From: Pseudomonadota bacterium
Lineage (GTDB): Bacteria > Bdellovibrionota_B > Oligoflexia > Oligoflexales > RGVZ01
Assembly (NCBI GenBank): GCA_041178085.1
Contig: JBEGVZ010000040.1
Span: 1-15,958 of the forward strand
Direction of reading: 5' to 3'
Length of the DNA stretch: 15,958 bases
A program made the position numbers and the translations under genes. The notes under the pieces are model-generated. The model did not search any database and was not told the origin of the DNA. It was given only the letters and a program-made list of their open reading frames with translations. Numbering within the stretch: position 1 is the stretch's first letter; each line of letters begins with the position of its first letter. Shown here piece after piece: positions 8,008 to 15,958 of this stretch.

Positions 8008-9092
8008 CCCGGACCAGCCATTTCATTGAAACGAGGATTCCCAACGGACCGCTGGGTGACCCCATGGTCTACTGCCTGTCGCAGCGCAGTGGGGAAGCAC
8101 TGCTTCTGGACCTCGGTGACCTGGGCAACCTTGGCAACAAGGAGATCCTCAAAGTCAGGCGCGTTGCGGTCAGCCACACGCACCTGGATCATTTCATCGG
8201 CTTTGACCGCCTGCTGCGGGTCAACGTTCCACACTTCAAGCCGCTTGAGCTTTGCGGCCCGCCGGGCCTGTCGCGCAATGTCCAGGGCAAGATGCAAGGC
8301 TACTGCTGGAACTTGCTGGAACCCGGACAAATCAGGATCTTGATCCATGAAATCGACCAGGATGGTCACGTGACATCGACCATGATCGATAACGACCATG
8401 GCTTTGTTCCTTATCCAGTCGACCGCAACCCCGTCCAGATTTCTGCCGATGACCCTCCTGCTCCGGCAAGGCCTGCGGCATGCGTCATGAGTCTGGTTGA
8501 CGGCACACGGATTGAAGCGGTGACCCTCGACCATGGCACACCGGTGTGCGCCTACTTGCTCCAATCGCCCGTTCGCTATCACGTCAAGGAAGATGGCCTT
8601 GCTACCCTCGGAATCCCTGCTGGACCCTGGATCCGCGAACTGCAGATTGCGATGGCCAACAAGCACGTCGCGCAGGAATTCAATCTTGCCGGGCAAGTCT
8701 GGTCCGCAGGCGAGCTGGCCGGGAAAGTCCTTGCAAGGGTTGCCAGTCGTCCGCTTGCATACCTGACCGACTTCATCTTCAGCCGGCAGAACGTGACACG
8801 ACTGTCTGATGCATTCTACGGTGTGGAAAAGGTCATTTGCGAAACCAACTACCGCGACGAAGACCGCGACAGGGCAACCAGCAAGAAGCACCTGACGACA
8901 AGGCAGGCTGCTTTGATCGCCGCTGCACTCGGTGCGCGCGAGCTCGAAACGTTTCATGTTTCAAACCTCTACACGGACCGTGTGGACCTTGCCCAGGGCG
9001 AGGCGGCTGACTTTTTTTCCTTGTTCAAGGAAATGGAAAAAGAAACCCTCGATCGCGAGATCGAGGGTGAATTCAAGTTGACTGGCGCTTAG
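8004..9092 (+). CDS. Ribonuclease Z-like metallo-beta-lactamase-fold hydrolase
   Basis: Motifs NGPLGDP, LLDLGD, SHTHLDHF (HxHxDH), LDHG, flexible-arm-like GIPAGPW, YLTD, CET, KHLT and FHVS. GTG 8004 overlaps the upstream TGA (GTGA). Confidence 0.82.
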   Translation: MTRTSHFIETRIPNGPLGDPMVYCLSQRSGEALLLDLGDLGNLGNKEILKVRRVAVSHTHLDHFIGFDRLLRVNVPHFKPLELCGPPGLSRNVQGKMQGYCWNLLEPGQIRILIHEIDQDGHVTSTMIDNDHGFVPYPVDRNPVQISADDPPAPARPAACVMSLVDGTRIEAVTLDHGTPVCAYLLQSPVRYHVKEDGLATLGIPAGPWIRELQIAMANKHVAQEFNLAGQVWSAGELAGKVLARVASRPLAYLTDFIFSRQNVTRLSDAFYGVEKVICETNYRDEDRDRATSKKHLTTRQAALIAAALGARELETFHVSNLYTDRVDLAQGEAADFFSLFKEMEKETLDREIEGEFKLTGA

Positions 9093-9100
9093 AAGAGTAA

Positions 9101-10675
9101 TCAGCCCGAAGAACGCTCCCCGCGCTTTTCAAGGCCGTATTTCTCCACCTTCATGATCAAGCCTGCGCGGCTGATGCCAAGCTCCTTCGCCAGTTTGGAC
9201 TTGTTCCAGCGGGTGCGCTCAAGGCCCTGCCGGATCATTTCCTTTTCCAGGTCCTCCAGCGCGTCCTTGAGCTTGCCGTCGAGGCGGTAGTTGTTGTTGC
9301 CACCGGACTTGGCGACTGCGTCCATGATGCGCGGACTCAAGAAATCGATGCCGATCTCTTTATCGTCGCCGGCAAGCACACAAAGGCGCTCAATTTCGTT
9401 CTCGAGTTCACGCACGTTTCCCGGCCAGTCGTGATTGAGCAGGCTTTCCATGCAAGAAGCAGAAAGCGTCTTGACCGGCTTGTTGACCTGCCTTCCGTAA
9501 GAGGCAAGGAAATGGTCGACCAGAAGAGGAATGTCTTCCTTGCGGTCACGCAAAGCCGGTACGGTGACGTTGATCACATTCAGCCGATAGAACAAATCTT
9601 CACGGAACGTGCCTTGCTTGACCATGGCCGCCAGGTCACGGTTGGTTGCGGCAAGAATCCGGGCGTTCGATGTGCGGACCTGGGTGCTGCCCACGGGTGT
9701 GAACGTCCCTTCCTGAAGGACCCGCAGCATCTTGACTTGCATCGCCATCGACGTCTCGCCGATTTCATCCAGGAACAGCGTGCCGCCATCTGCTTCCTCA
9801 AAGAGGCCTTTTTTGTCGCGCACTGCACCGGTGAAAGATCCTTTCACGTGTCCGAAGAGCTCGGATTCGAGCAAGTTCTCGTTAAAGGCACCGCAATTGA
9901 CGACCAGAAACTTCTTGGCTTTGCGCGGGGAATTGTAGTGCAGGGCCTTGGCAATGAGCTCCTTACCCGTGCCGTTCTCCCCCTGGACCAGGACGGTCGC
10001 ATCGGAAGCAGCAACCCGTTCGCACATGCGATAGAGCGTCTGCATCACACCAGACTTGCCAATCATCGACTCAAAGCCATAGCGGGATCCGAGTTCACGC
10101 CGCAGTTCAGCGACTTTCTTCTGCTGGTCGGCGACGTTCTTGTTGGCCGACAGGATTTCATCGACCACAAGCTCGATCAGTTCGGTCAGGTAAGATACTT
10201 CCTTGGACGAGAGTACCGGCAGCTTGTCGACGTGGGATTGGAGTTCCTTCTCCCGACCTGGGAAAGCGCGCTCCAGATAGGACTTGATCTGCACGCGCTG
10301 TTCGGCGGCAGTTTCTTCGACCAGGAATCCGTCACCAAAAACGCACCCGAGGTATTGGTTGTTGACGCGGATCGGTACCGAAATGGCGGAAAAGCCAGCA
10401 TGGCATTTGAACAGGCGGGAGTCCTTGCTGTTGGTCGCATCGACCGTGGTCTTGCGGGCAGTCCCAAGGCAGCCCTGAAACCCTTTTTGGTCCCCGGTGA
10501 CAGCCTGGCAAACCTGGTTCATGGGGTTGAAGAAACGTCCTTCTGGAACACCCCGGAGAAATCCCCTGGTATCGGTGAAGTTTAACTGGATGTTCCACCA
10601 CCGGCCGACCAGCTCGCGCAAACTCCGGATGACATGGAGCTTGTCGAATTCATCCCATTTGACGACGTCTGACAT
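9101..10675 (-). CDS. Sigma54-dependent transcriptional activator (PocR sensor - AAA+ - Fis HTH)
   Basis: Walker [24 protein letters not shown], Walker [27 protein letters not shown] and [17 protein letters not shown]. The N-terminal domain has three Cys (QVC, QGC, FKCHAG) plus VPI...YLG, typical of PocR domains. Confidence 0.93.
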   Translation of the reverse strand: MSDVVKWDEFDKLHVIRSLRELVGRWWNIQLNFTDTRGFLRGVPEGRFFNPMNQVCQAVTGDQKGFQGCLGTARKTTVDATNSKDSRLFKCHAGFSAISVPIRVNNQYLGCVFGDGFLVEETAAEQRVQIKSYLERAFPGREKELQSHVDKLPVLSSKEVSYLTELIELVVDEILSANKNVADQQKKVAELRRELGSRYGFESMIGKSGVMQTLYRMCERVAASDATVLVQGENGTGKELIAKALHYNSPRKAKKFLVVNCGAFNENLLESELFGHVKGSFTGAVRDKKGLFEEADGGTLFLDEIGETSMAMQVKMLRVLQEGTFTPVGSTQVRTSNARILAATNRDLAAMVKQGTFREDLFYRLNVINVTVPALRDRKEDIPLLVDHFLASYGRQVNKPVKTLSASCMESLLNHDWPGNVRELENEIERLCVLAGDDKEIGIDFLSPRIMDAVAKSGGNNNYRLDGKLKDALEDLEKEMIRQGLERTRWNKSKLAKELGISRAGLIMKVEKYGLEKRGERSSG

Positions 10676-10720
10676 GGTGAGCCCTCGCTGAAGCGCGGGG
10701 AACCATCCCCCGCGACAAGG

Positions 10721-10747
10721 CTATCGGCACGCCTGTCGACAAGTTTA
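10721..10747 (-). promoter_or_regulatory. Sigma28 (FliA)-type promoter of the PocR sigma54 activator
   Basis: Minus strand TAAA-cttgtcgacaggcgt(15)-GCCGATAG, a 7/8 match to GCCGATAA, 45 nt upstream of the ATG. Confidence 0.78.
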
Positions 10748-10850
10748 ACAGCATGAATTCTCAAAGAATCCGAAAGGTTGAAAATTCAACGACTTCCGGC
10801 TTGGCAAACTGTCGCATGGGCTGACGCCCGGGGGCCTGGCCGGGCTTCCC

Positions 10851-11543
10851 TCACTGGACGTCGTTGATTTTGACACCTGGGGGTGGGGCAAATGAAAGCG
10901 GCGTCAATCCACGACGGTCCGGAGATGAAAAATCAACCCCGATGCTCGCTTTGTTACGCAGGGAGAAAAACACGCGGGACACAAACCACTTGTCTTCGTC
11001 GATCGTGAGTTCAAGCCGCTCAATCTCATCCATGTCAGCATTGGCCGGCTTGAATTCCAGATGGAGACGCTTGTTTGCACGCCGACTGGAAACCAGCTTG
11101 TAAGTTTCAAAAATGGAACCAACATTAAGGACGAAGTCGACCACGCGTTTCACCTCACGCGCTTGCTGGCCCTTGGCGCTATAGCGCGCAGCGGCTTTCT
11201 CCCTGGGCAGGTACTTATACAGTTCCTTGCCATTGAAGATGGTTTCTTCGTTGAGCGGCTCACCAAGCACCCAGCGGAAGCGGTCAGGTTTCTGGAAGAG
11301 CGCGTGTCCTTTGACCACCACGGGACGGTTGGGGCGCGATGGACTGACCTTCTTCTGGACCAGGTCAACCCGCAGCGAATCGCCTGCCCGCAATTTCTCC
11401 TGAAGGGCTTCGATCTCCGTCTTGGACAAGGTTGTCTGCGTGGCAACCGGGTTGGCTCTCGACGCCGCTGGAATTGAAGCGGCCAATGTCACTGCCATCA
11501 CCTTGATGGTTCTATTCCAGCCGAATGTGGCCATGGACTTCAT
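10851..11543 (-). CDS. lolA: Outer-membrane lipoprotein carrier protein LolA family
   Basis: Signal peptide, then G.ALFQKPDRFRWV..EP..ETIFNGKELYKY.P and C-terminal F..PPGV.IND. Its ATG overlaps the pncC stop (ATGA). Confidence 0.82.
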   Translation of the reverse strand: MKSMATFGWNRTIKVMAVTLAASIPAASRANPVATQTTLSKTEIEALQEKLRAGDSLRVDLVQKKVSPSRPNRPVVVKGHALFQKPDRFRWVLGEPLNEETIFNGKELYKYLPREKAAARYSAKGQQAREVKRVVDFVLNVGSIFETYKLVSSRRANKRLHLEFKPANADMDEIERLELTIDEDKWFVSRVFFSLRNKASIGVDFSSPDRRGLTPLSFAPPPGVKINDVQ

Positions 11544-12049
11544 CCGATCTTCTCCTTCAGAAATTTAAGCGCCTGCATTGCAGACTCTTCGCGAATGGCA
11601 GCACGGTCGCCATCCAGCTTCAACAACCTTGCGTCCACGCCCGATGGCCCCGCAACCGCGCACCAAACGGTGCCGACTGGTTTTTCCGGAGTGCCACCAT
11701 CGGGGCCGGCGACCCCGGACACGCTCACTGCCCAGTCCACCTTGAGCACACGCCGCGCTCCCTGGGCCATCGCCATCACCACTTCCCTGGAGACCGCCCC
11801 CTCCTTTGCAATCAAGGCAGGGTCGACACCCAGAAGAGATGACTTCAAGGCGTTGGAATAACAGCATACACCGCCGGCAAAGAACGCCGAACTGCCAGGC
11901 AGACCCGTGATCCAGGTGGACACCATTCCCCCGGTGCAGCTTTCGGCGGTTCCCAGGCTTGCGCCAGAGCCGCGGAGGACGCCTGCAATCGACTGGATTT
12001 CCAAAAGAATCTTTTCCAGGGAATATTTCAAGACAGCTCCCTTGCACAC
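11540..12049 (-). CDS. pncC: CinA C-terminal domain protein / NMN amidohydrolase (PncC)
   Basis: Motifs TAESCTGG, PGSS.FF.GG..YSN..K..LLGV, GAVS.EV..AMA.GA and SGVAGPDGGTPEKPVGTVW. The exact start is uncertain. Confidence 0.9.
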   Translation of the reverse strand: MCKGAVLKYSLEKILLEIQSIAGVLRGSGASLGTAESCTGGMVSTWITGLPGSSAFFAGGVCCYSNALKSSLLGVDPALIAKEGAVSREVVMAMAQGARRVLKVDWAVSVSGVAGPDGGTPEKPVGTVWCAVAGPSGVDARLLKLDGDRAAIREESAMQALKFLKEKIG

Positions 12050-12071
12050 CTTAACCCGGGTTCGATATCGT
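12042..12071 (+). promoter_or_regulatory. Possible sigma70 promoter for fadD, overlapped by two short palindromes
   Basis: TTGCAC-18 nt-TATCGT. Palindromes AACCCGGGTT (12053-12062) and CGATATCG (12063-12070). Confidence 0.35.
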
Positions 12072-12103
12072 GTTCATTCACACGACCGCCTGGCGGAGGT
12101 TCC

Positions 12104-13837
12104 ATGACTGGCAACGATTCACGCAACAGCCACAATTCGGCCAAAGATATGGCCTTCGACTGGTCACAGTACTATGCAAGCGATGCGCCCACCAAGCTGG
12201 ACTTTGACGGCAGCGGGGGGATCGCAGGTACGATCGAGGCCGCCTGCCACAGGTTCGCACACTTGCCGGCAGTGACCGCCATGGGCGCCACCTTGACCTA
12301 CAAGCAATTGGACCGCCTGGCAAACCGCTTTGCGTCGTTCTTGCAAAACAAGCTTGGCCTGAAAAAGGGTGATCGTCTGGCGATCATGATGCCCAACGTC
12401 CTTCAGTTTCCGATTGTGTTCCTTGCCGCACAAAAGATTGGAGTCGTCTGCGTCAACACGAACCCCCTCTATACGCCCAGGGAAATGCGCCATCAGTTTT
12501 CTGACAGTGGCGTCAAGGCAATCGTCATCATGGACCTCTTCCTCGACAAACTCGAAGAGATCATCAAGGAAACGGACATCAAGCATGTCGTATCGACCAA
12601 CGTCGCCGACCAGCTTCCGGTCTGGAAGGGCCTGGTCGTAAAAGCAGGCATGCACTTCAAGAAAATGATCCCCCAGCACAATCTGCGCAATGTGATCCCA
12701 TTCCGCAGTGCGCTTTCATCCGGAGAAGAACGCAAGCTCGTCAAACCAGACTTGGCAATCGATGACATCGCACTGTTACAGTACACGGGCGGTACGACGG
12801 GTGTTTCCAAGGGGGCGATGCTGACCCACCGCAACATCCTTGCCAACATGCAACAGATCCGCCATGCGGCTTGGGGAGAAATTGACGAAGGATCGGAGAC
12901 CGTCCTTACTGCGCTGCCGCTCTATCACATCTTCGCCCTGACGGTGAACTTCCTGTCATTCCTGGCCATGGGTGAACACCTGATCCTTGTCCCGAAGCCT
13001 GTGCCCATCGCCAATACGGTCGAGATTTTCAAGAAATACAAGATCACCGTCATGACCGGCGTGAACACGCTTTACAACAGCCTTTGCAATGACAAGGAAT
13101 TCAAGGCGATGGGAGTGCGCACGATCAAGTTCGCCCTGGCTGGCGGCATGGCACTGCAAGAAAGTGTCGCCCAGGCCTGGCAACTGATCACTGGCAACCG
13201 GATCGTCGAGGGCTTTGGCCTGACCGAGGCATCGCCTGTCACCCACGTAAATCCTTTGTCGCAGCCGCCACGGAAAGGATCCATCGGCGTTCCCGTTCTG
13301 GGCACGGATGCGATTGTCGCGGATGAAAACGGCGTGGCGCTTCCGGTTGGAGAGCGTGGGGAGCTACTCATCCGCGGCCCCCAAGTGATGGCTGGTTACT
13401 GGCAACGTCCCGACGAAACGGCGAAAACCGTCAAGGGCGACTGGCTTTGGACTGGCGACATCGCGCGCGTGGACGAAGACGGCTACTTCTTCATCGTCGA
13501 CCGGAAAAAAGACATGATCCTGGTCTCGGGCTTCAACGTTTACCCCAATGAAATCGAAGACGTGATTGCCATGCACCCGAAGGTCCTGGAGGCAGCAGTG
13601 ATCGGGCTGCCAGACAATACAAGCGGCGAAAGTGTCCGGGCTTACGTCGTTCCGAAGGATGCCTCATTGACCGTCGATGAACTTAGGGACTGGTGTCGGG
13701 ACCAACTTACAGGTTACAAGCGGCCACGGAGCTTTGAGATCAGGCAGGTGCTGCCAAAAAGCAACGTTGGCAAGATCCTGCGCAGGGAACTGCGGGATGA
13801 GGCGCTTTCAAGTCGCCAAGCCAAGGGAAAAGCCTGA
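12104..13837 (+). CDS. fadD: Long-chain-fatty-acid--CoA ligase
   Basis: Motifs LQYTGGTTGVSKGAMLTHRN, LPLYHIFALTVN, EGFGLTEASP, TGDIA, IVDRKKDMILVSGFNVYPNEIE and LPKSNVGKILRR. SD GGAGG. Confidence 0.95.
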   Translation: MTGNDSRNSHNSAKDMAFDWSQYYASDAPTKLDFDGSGGIAGTIEAACHRFAHLPAVTAMGATLTYKQLDRLANRFASFLQNKLGLKKGDRLAIMMPNVLQFPIVFLAAQKIGVVCVNTNPLYTPREMRHQFSDSGVKAIVIMDLFLDKLEEIIKETDIKHVVSTNVADQLPVWKGLVVKAGMHFKKMIPQHNLRNVIPFRSALSSGEERKLVKPDLAIDDIALLQYTGGTTGVSKGAMLTHRNILANMQQIRHAAWGEIDEGSETVLTALPLYHIFALTVNFLSFLAMGEHLILVPKPVPIANTVEIFKKYKITVMTGVNTLYNSLCNDKEFKAMGVRTIKFALAGGMALQESVAQAWQLITGNRIVEGFGLTEASPVTHVNPLSQPPRKGSIGVPVLGTDAIVADENGVALPVGERGELLIRGPQVMAGYWQRPDETAKTVKGDWLWTGDIARVDEDGYFFIVDRKKDMILVSGFNVYPNEIEDVIAMHPKVLEAAVIGLPDNTSGESVRAYVVPKDASLTVDELRDWCRDQLTGYKRPRSFEIRQVLPKSNVGKILRRELRDEALSSRQAKGKA

Positions 13838-13849
13838 AAAAACCCGCCC

Positions 13850-14440
13850 TTGAGGGTCTGGCTATTGCGTCAAACAGTGCTCAAAAACCTTGTCTATTTA
13901 TCCGTGGCGATTGGCTGTGGCATCTCCGCGCGACCTGCCGCAGGGGCCTCCGACACTTGGGTGACAGGAATTGAGGCTGGAACCGGCCTGATGCAACAGC
14001 CATCAAGCCAATATTTCCTTCTGGGGTACTCCGGGACAGTTCTGTTAACCCACGCCAAATTGACGGCCGGGGTTGCCGCAACCTTTCTGGGCAGGCCGGC
14101 CTTCGAATCGGGCAACTACGCCGAGCAGGATTACGGTGGACTCATTGAATTCCGCAAAGGGGTCCGGGTCTGGAAAAGCGTCCAGCTTGCCGCTGGTCTT
14201 GGCGTTGGTGAGATGCGGGGTTACGTCAAGCGCACAGGGGAAAATCCGCTGCGCAGCGACTACCGGATGCGTGGCGCCTCGACAACAATCCAGCTGAGCT
14301 GGGTGCCGCCCAAGGCGTCGGGGGCCTCTCTGTTCCTGAGCCACACCCTCTTCTCAGGGTTTAGCACGCAAACGCAGAGCCAGGCCCGGGTGGCATGGCC
14401 GTGGTCCTTCGCCATGTTCGGCGCCGGTTTCCGCACATGA
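13850..14440 (+). CDS. Hypothetical exported protein, predicted small outer-membrane beta-barrel
   Basis: Signal-peptide-like N-terminus (LVYLSVAIGCGISARPAAGA) and alternating amphipathic Gly/aromatic strands (VQLAAGLGVG, TTIQLSWV, SLFLSHTLF, FAMFGAGFR). Located 12 nt after the fadD stop. Start uncertain. Confidence 0.6.
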   Translation: MRVWLLRQTVLKNLVYLSVAIGCGISARPAAGASDTWVTGIEAGTGLMQQPSSQYFLLGYSGTVLLTHAKLTAGVAATFLGRPAFESGNYAEQDYGGLIEFRKGVRVWKSVQLAAGLGVGEMRGYVKRTGENPLRSDYRMRGASTTIQLSWVPPKASGASLFLSHTLFSGFSTQTQSQARVAWPWSFAMFGAGFRT

Positions 14441-14949
14441 TGCCTTGGCGGAGAAAACGTCTGGTCGCCGCCGCCGCAACGCTTGCGTTCGGCATGGCCT
14501 TGGGCGGCGGCAACGCTGGTGCCGCCAATGAAAAGACAAAGGTATCTGTCCAGTATGGGGCGTTTGCGCCCAACGCCGGTGGGCAGGTTGTTTACGGCCT
14601 GCGCGGCTACCGAAAAGGCCGGGAAATCGCGGTGTTCCAGAACCAGTACCTGACAGCTGGTGACCATCCGCTCATGGGTGCGCTTTATGCTTACCGCTTC
14701 CCCATTTGCGATGACGCTTGTCTGGTCCACATTCATGTCCAGGCCGGGGCGGGGGTGAGCACCGCCGGTCCGCTGGTAGAATTCCTTTGGGGGATGGAGA
14801 TACCAGTCCTGCCCATTGCGCTTACCGGGGGCACAATCCCTTGGATTCCGATGCTGCGGATTGATTTTGCAAACCATTGGATCGTTACCCGTAACCGGGT
14901 CATCACTTGGAGTTATCCGCTGTGGGTAGGGGCTACGCTGCCATTCTGA
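14437..14949 (+). CDS. Hypothetical exported protein, predicted small outer-membrane beta-barrel
   Basis: ATGA overlap with the upstream stop. Clear signal peptide (MMPWRRKRLVAAAATLAFGMALGGGNAGA), amphipathic strands and terminal Phe (LWVGATLPF), as in BAM substrates. Confidence 0.65.
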   Translation: MMPWRRKRLVAAAATLAFGMALGGGNAGAANEKTKVSVQYGAFAPNAGGQVVYGLRGYRKGREIAVFQNQYLTAGDHPLMGALYAYRFPICDDACLVHIHVQAGAGVSTAGPLVEFLWGMEIPVLPIALTGGTIPWIPMLRIDFANHWIVTRNRVITWSYPLWVGATLPF

Positions 14950-15641
14950 TTGCCGCGCTTGCAGGCGCAACGACGGCTGGAGCCTATCCGGTTCCTGTCG
15001 ATTTTGGTGGCAAACTGGTGCGCTGGGATATCAATTCTCCTGACACGCTGCTCTATTACGAAGTGGTGAACGAATCCTCTCTGGCAGACTCCACGGCATT
15101 CAACATGGTCCAGAGTGCTGCAGGACTGTGGAGCGCGGTCGATGGTTCACTCCTGCGCCTTGCCGAAACTCTGGACACTGCGCAGAACCCCGCCCAGATC
15201 ACGATCCATTTTCAAAGCAACTTCGATGGTGGATCATTTGCCGCGGCCTATGCCTCCTTTGACCGGACCGATGACAAGGGACGTCCCAGCCATTGTCTGG
15301 TCAACGTCGCCATCCGCGGCGGAGAAGCGCTGGGGGATCTGGAAAAAACCGTTTTGCATGAGCTTGGCCACTGCCTTGGCCTTGGCCACTCCCTCTTTCC
15401 GCGCGCCATCATGAGCTACCGTCTGGAACAAAATAGTTTTCAACTTGATGTTGATGACGAAGCGGCCTTGCGGGGGCTTTATCCGGTCGATGGCGCCGAG
15501 CCTGCCATCCCGCCGGGCTGTGTCGTTGGACACCAGCGAAGCGCTGCCGCCGAACATGGCGTCATCATTGATCTGTTGTGGATTTTACTGTTCTCGGTCA
15601 TCCCCATGTCCCGGTTGACTCGCCGCCTCCTGCAGGGCTAA
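14922..15641 (+). CDS. Matrixin-like (M10/metzincin) zinc metalloprotease with signal peptide and C-terminal membrane anchor
   Basis: HELGHCLGLGHS (HEXXHXXGXXH) and Met-turn AIMSY. N-terminal signal peptide, and tail PPGC...IIDLLWILLFSVIPMSRLTRRLL. Start is GTG 14922 (GGAG 9 nt upstream) or TTG 14907. Confidence 0.88.
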   Translation: MGRGYAAILIAALAGATTAGAYPVPVDFGGKLVRWDINSPDTLLYYEVVNESSLADSTAFNMVQSAAGLWSAVDGSLLRLAETLDTAQNPAQITIHFQSNFDGGSFAAAYASFDRTDDKGRPSHCLVNVAIRGGEALGDLEKTVLHELGHCLGLGHSLFPRAIMSYRLEQNSFQLDVDDEAALRGLYPVDGAEPAIPPGCVVGHQRSAAAEHGVIIDLLWILLFSVIPMSRLTRRLLQG

Positions 15642-15671
15642 AAGGGGGCCGACTGAGGAACCTTTGTCGCC

Positions 15672-15958
15672 ATGACCCTTGTCCAACCGCCCCTGCCCCA
15701 ACACCTGCGGGATATGCCCGATGGGGACGTCCACGCCCTGATCGACCACTCACGCCGCCTTCTGGGTGATCGCTGTGTGATCCTGGGTCATCACTACCAA
15801 CGGGACGAAGTCATTCGCCATGCCGACCACACCGGTGACAGCCTGAAGCTGGCACGGATCGCACGTGACCTGACGGACGTTCCCTATGTCATCTTCTGTG
15901 GCGTCCACTTCATGGCAGAGACGGCCGATATCCTCACCGGAAAACATCAACAAGTATC
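15672..15958 (+). CDS. nadA: Quinolinate synthase (5' part, runs off the window; absent from the ORF track)
   Basis: Own translation from ATG 15672: MTLVQPPLPQHLRDMPDGDVHALIDHSRRLLGDRCVILGHHYQRDEVIRHADHTGDSLKLA...IFCGVHFMAETADIL. These are the NadA motifs HxYQ, GDS and CGVHFMAETA. SD GAGGA. Confidence 0.95.
   Translation, partial: MTLVQPPLPQHLRDMPDGDVHALIDHSRRLLGDRCVILGHHYQRDEVIRHADHTGDSLKLARIARDLTDVPYVIFCGVHFMAETADILTGKHQQV

Noticed and set aside
7995..8957. 320-aa minus-strand ORF
   Set aside because: Antisense shadow of the RNase Z-like gene, with no motifs.
9431..10585. 384-aa plus-strand ORF
   Set aside because: It lies entirely antisense to the well-supported sigma54 activator and has no recognisable motifs, typical of a GC-rich shadow ORF.
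10801..10817. Sigma54-like TGGC...GC site near the activator gene (and a similar one at 1247-1260)
   Set aside because: GG-to-GC spacing is 9 nt rather than the strict 10, and the 10801 site points away from any gene start.
10826..10845. GCCCGG/CCGGGC hairpin after lolA as a terminator
   Set aside because: It has a short stem and no U-tract on the minus strand, so it cannot be called with confidence.
14260..14970. 236-aa minus-strand ORF as an alternative to the two hypothetical genes
   Set aside because: The plus-strand ORFs have signal peptides and stop/start coupling within a co-oriented run. This ORF has neither.

Overview
This is a gene-dense, GC-rich chromosomal segment, most likely from a Bdellovibrionota/Oligoflexia-like or other deltaproteobacterial-type organism (inferred from the flagellin N-terminus, the S1 lipoprotein protease, the PocR-type enhancer-binding protein and a Cys-containing C-terminal sorting signal). 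In order it holds: the 3' end of a class III nucleotide cyclase; a lipoprotein S1 serine protease; an FMN-binding glutamate synthase-family protein; a HutG-like ureohydrolase; a stand-alone tRNA-Ile(GAT); flagellin; mutM; a secreted OmpA-domain protein; a Nit1-like amidase coupled to an RNase Z-like hydrolase; a PocR-sensor sigma54 activator; lolA; pncC/cinA; fadD; two unknown small beta-barrel-like proteins; a matrixin metalloprotease with a Cys-TM-Arg tail; and the 5' end of nadA. I found no mobile element, integrase or CRISPR array. Three things stand out. (1) Sigma28/FliA-type promoters (TAAA-N15-[G/T][C/T]CGA) lie upstream of flagellin, the OmpA protein and the PocR sigma54 activator, with a weaker one upstream of the protease, suggesting a dispersed FliA regulon and an inverted sigma28-to-sigma54 cascade. 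(2) A tightly coupled fadD-barrel-barrel-CTERM protease cassette sits divergent from pncC-lolA. (3) The protease has a cysteine pattern suggesting it stays disulfide-tethered to its lipid anchor after activation. All functional calls come from reading motifs by eye; no database searches were run.
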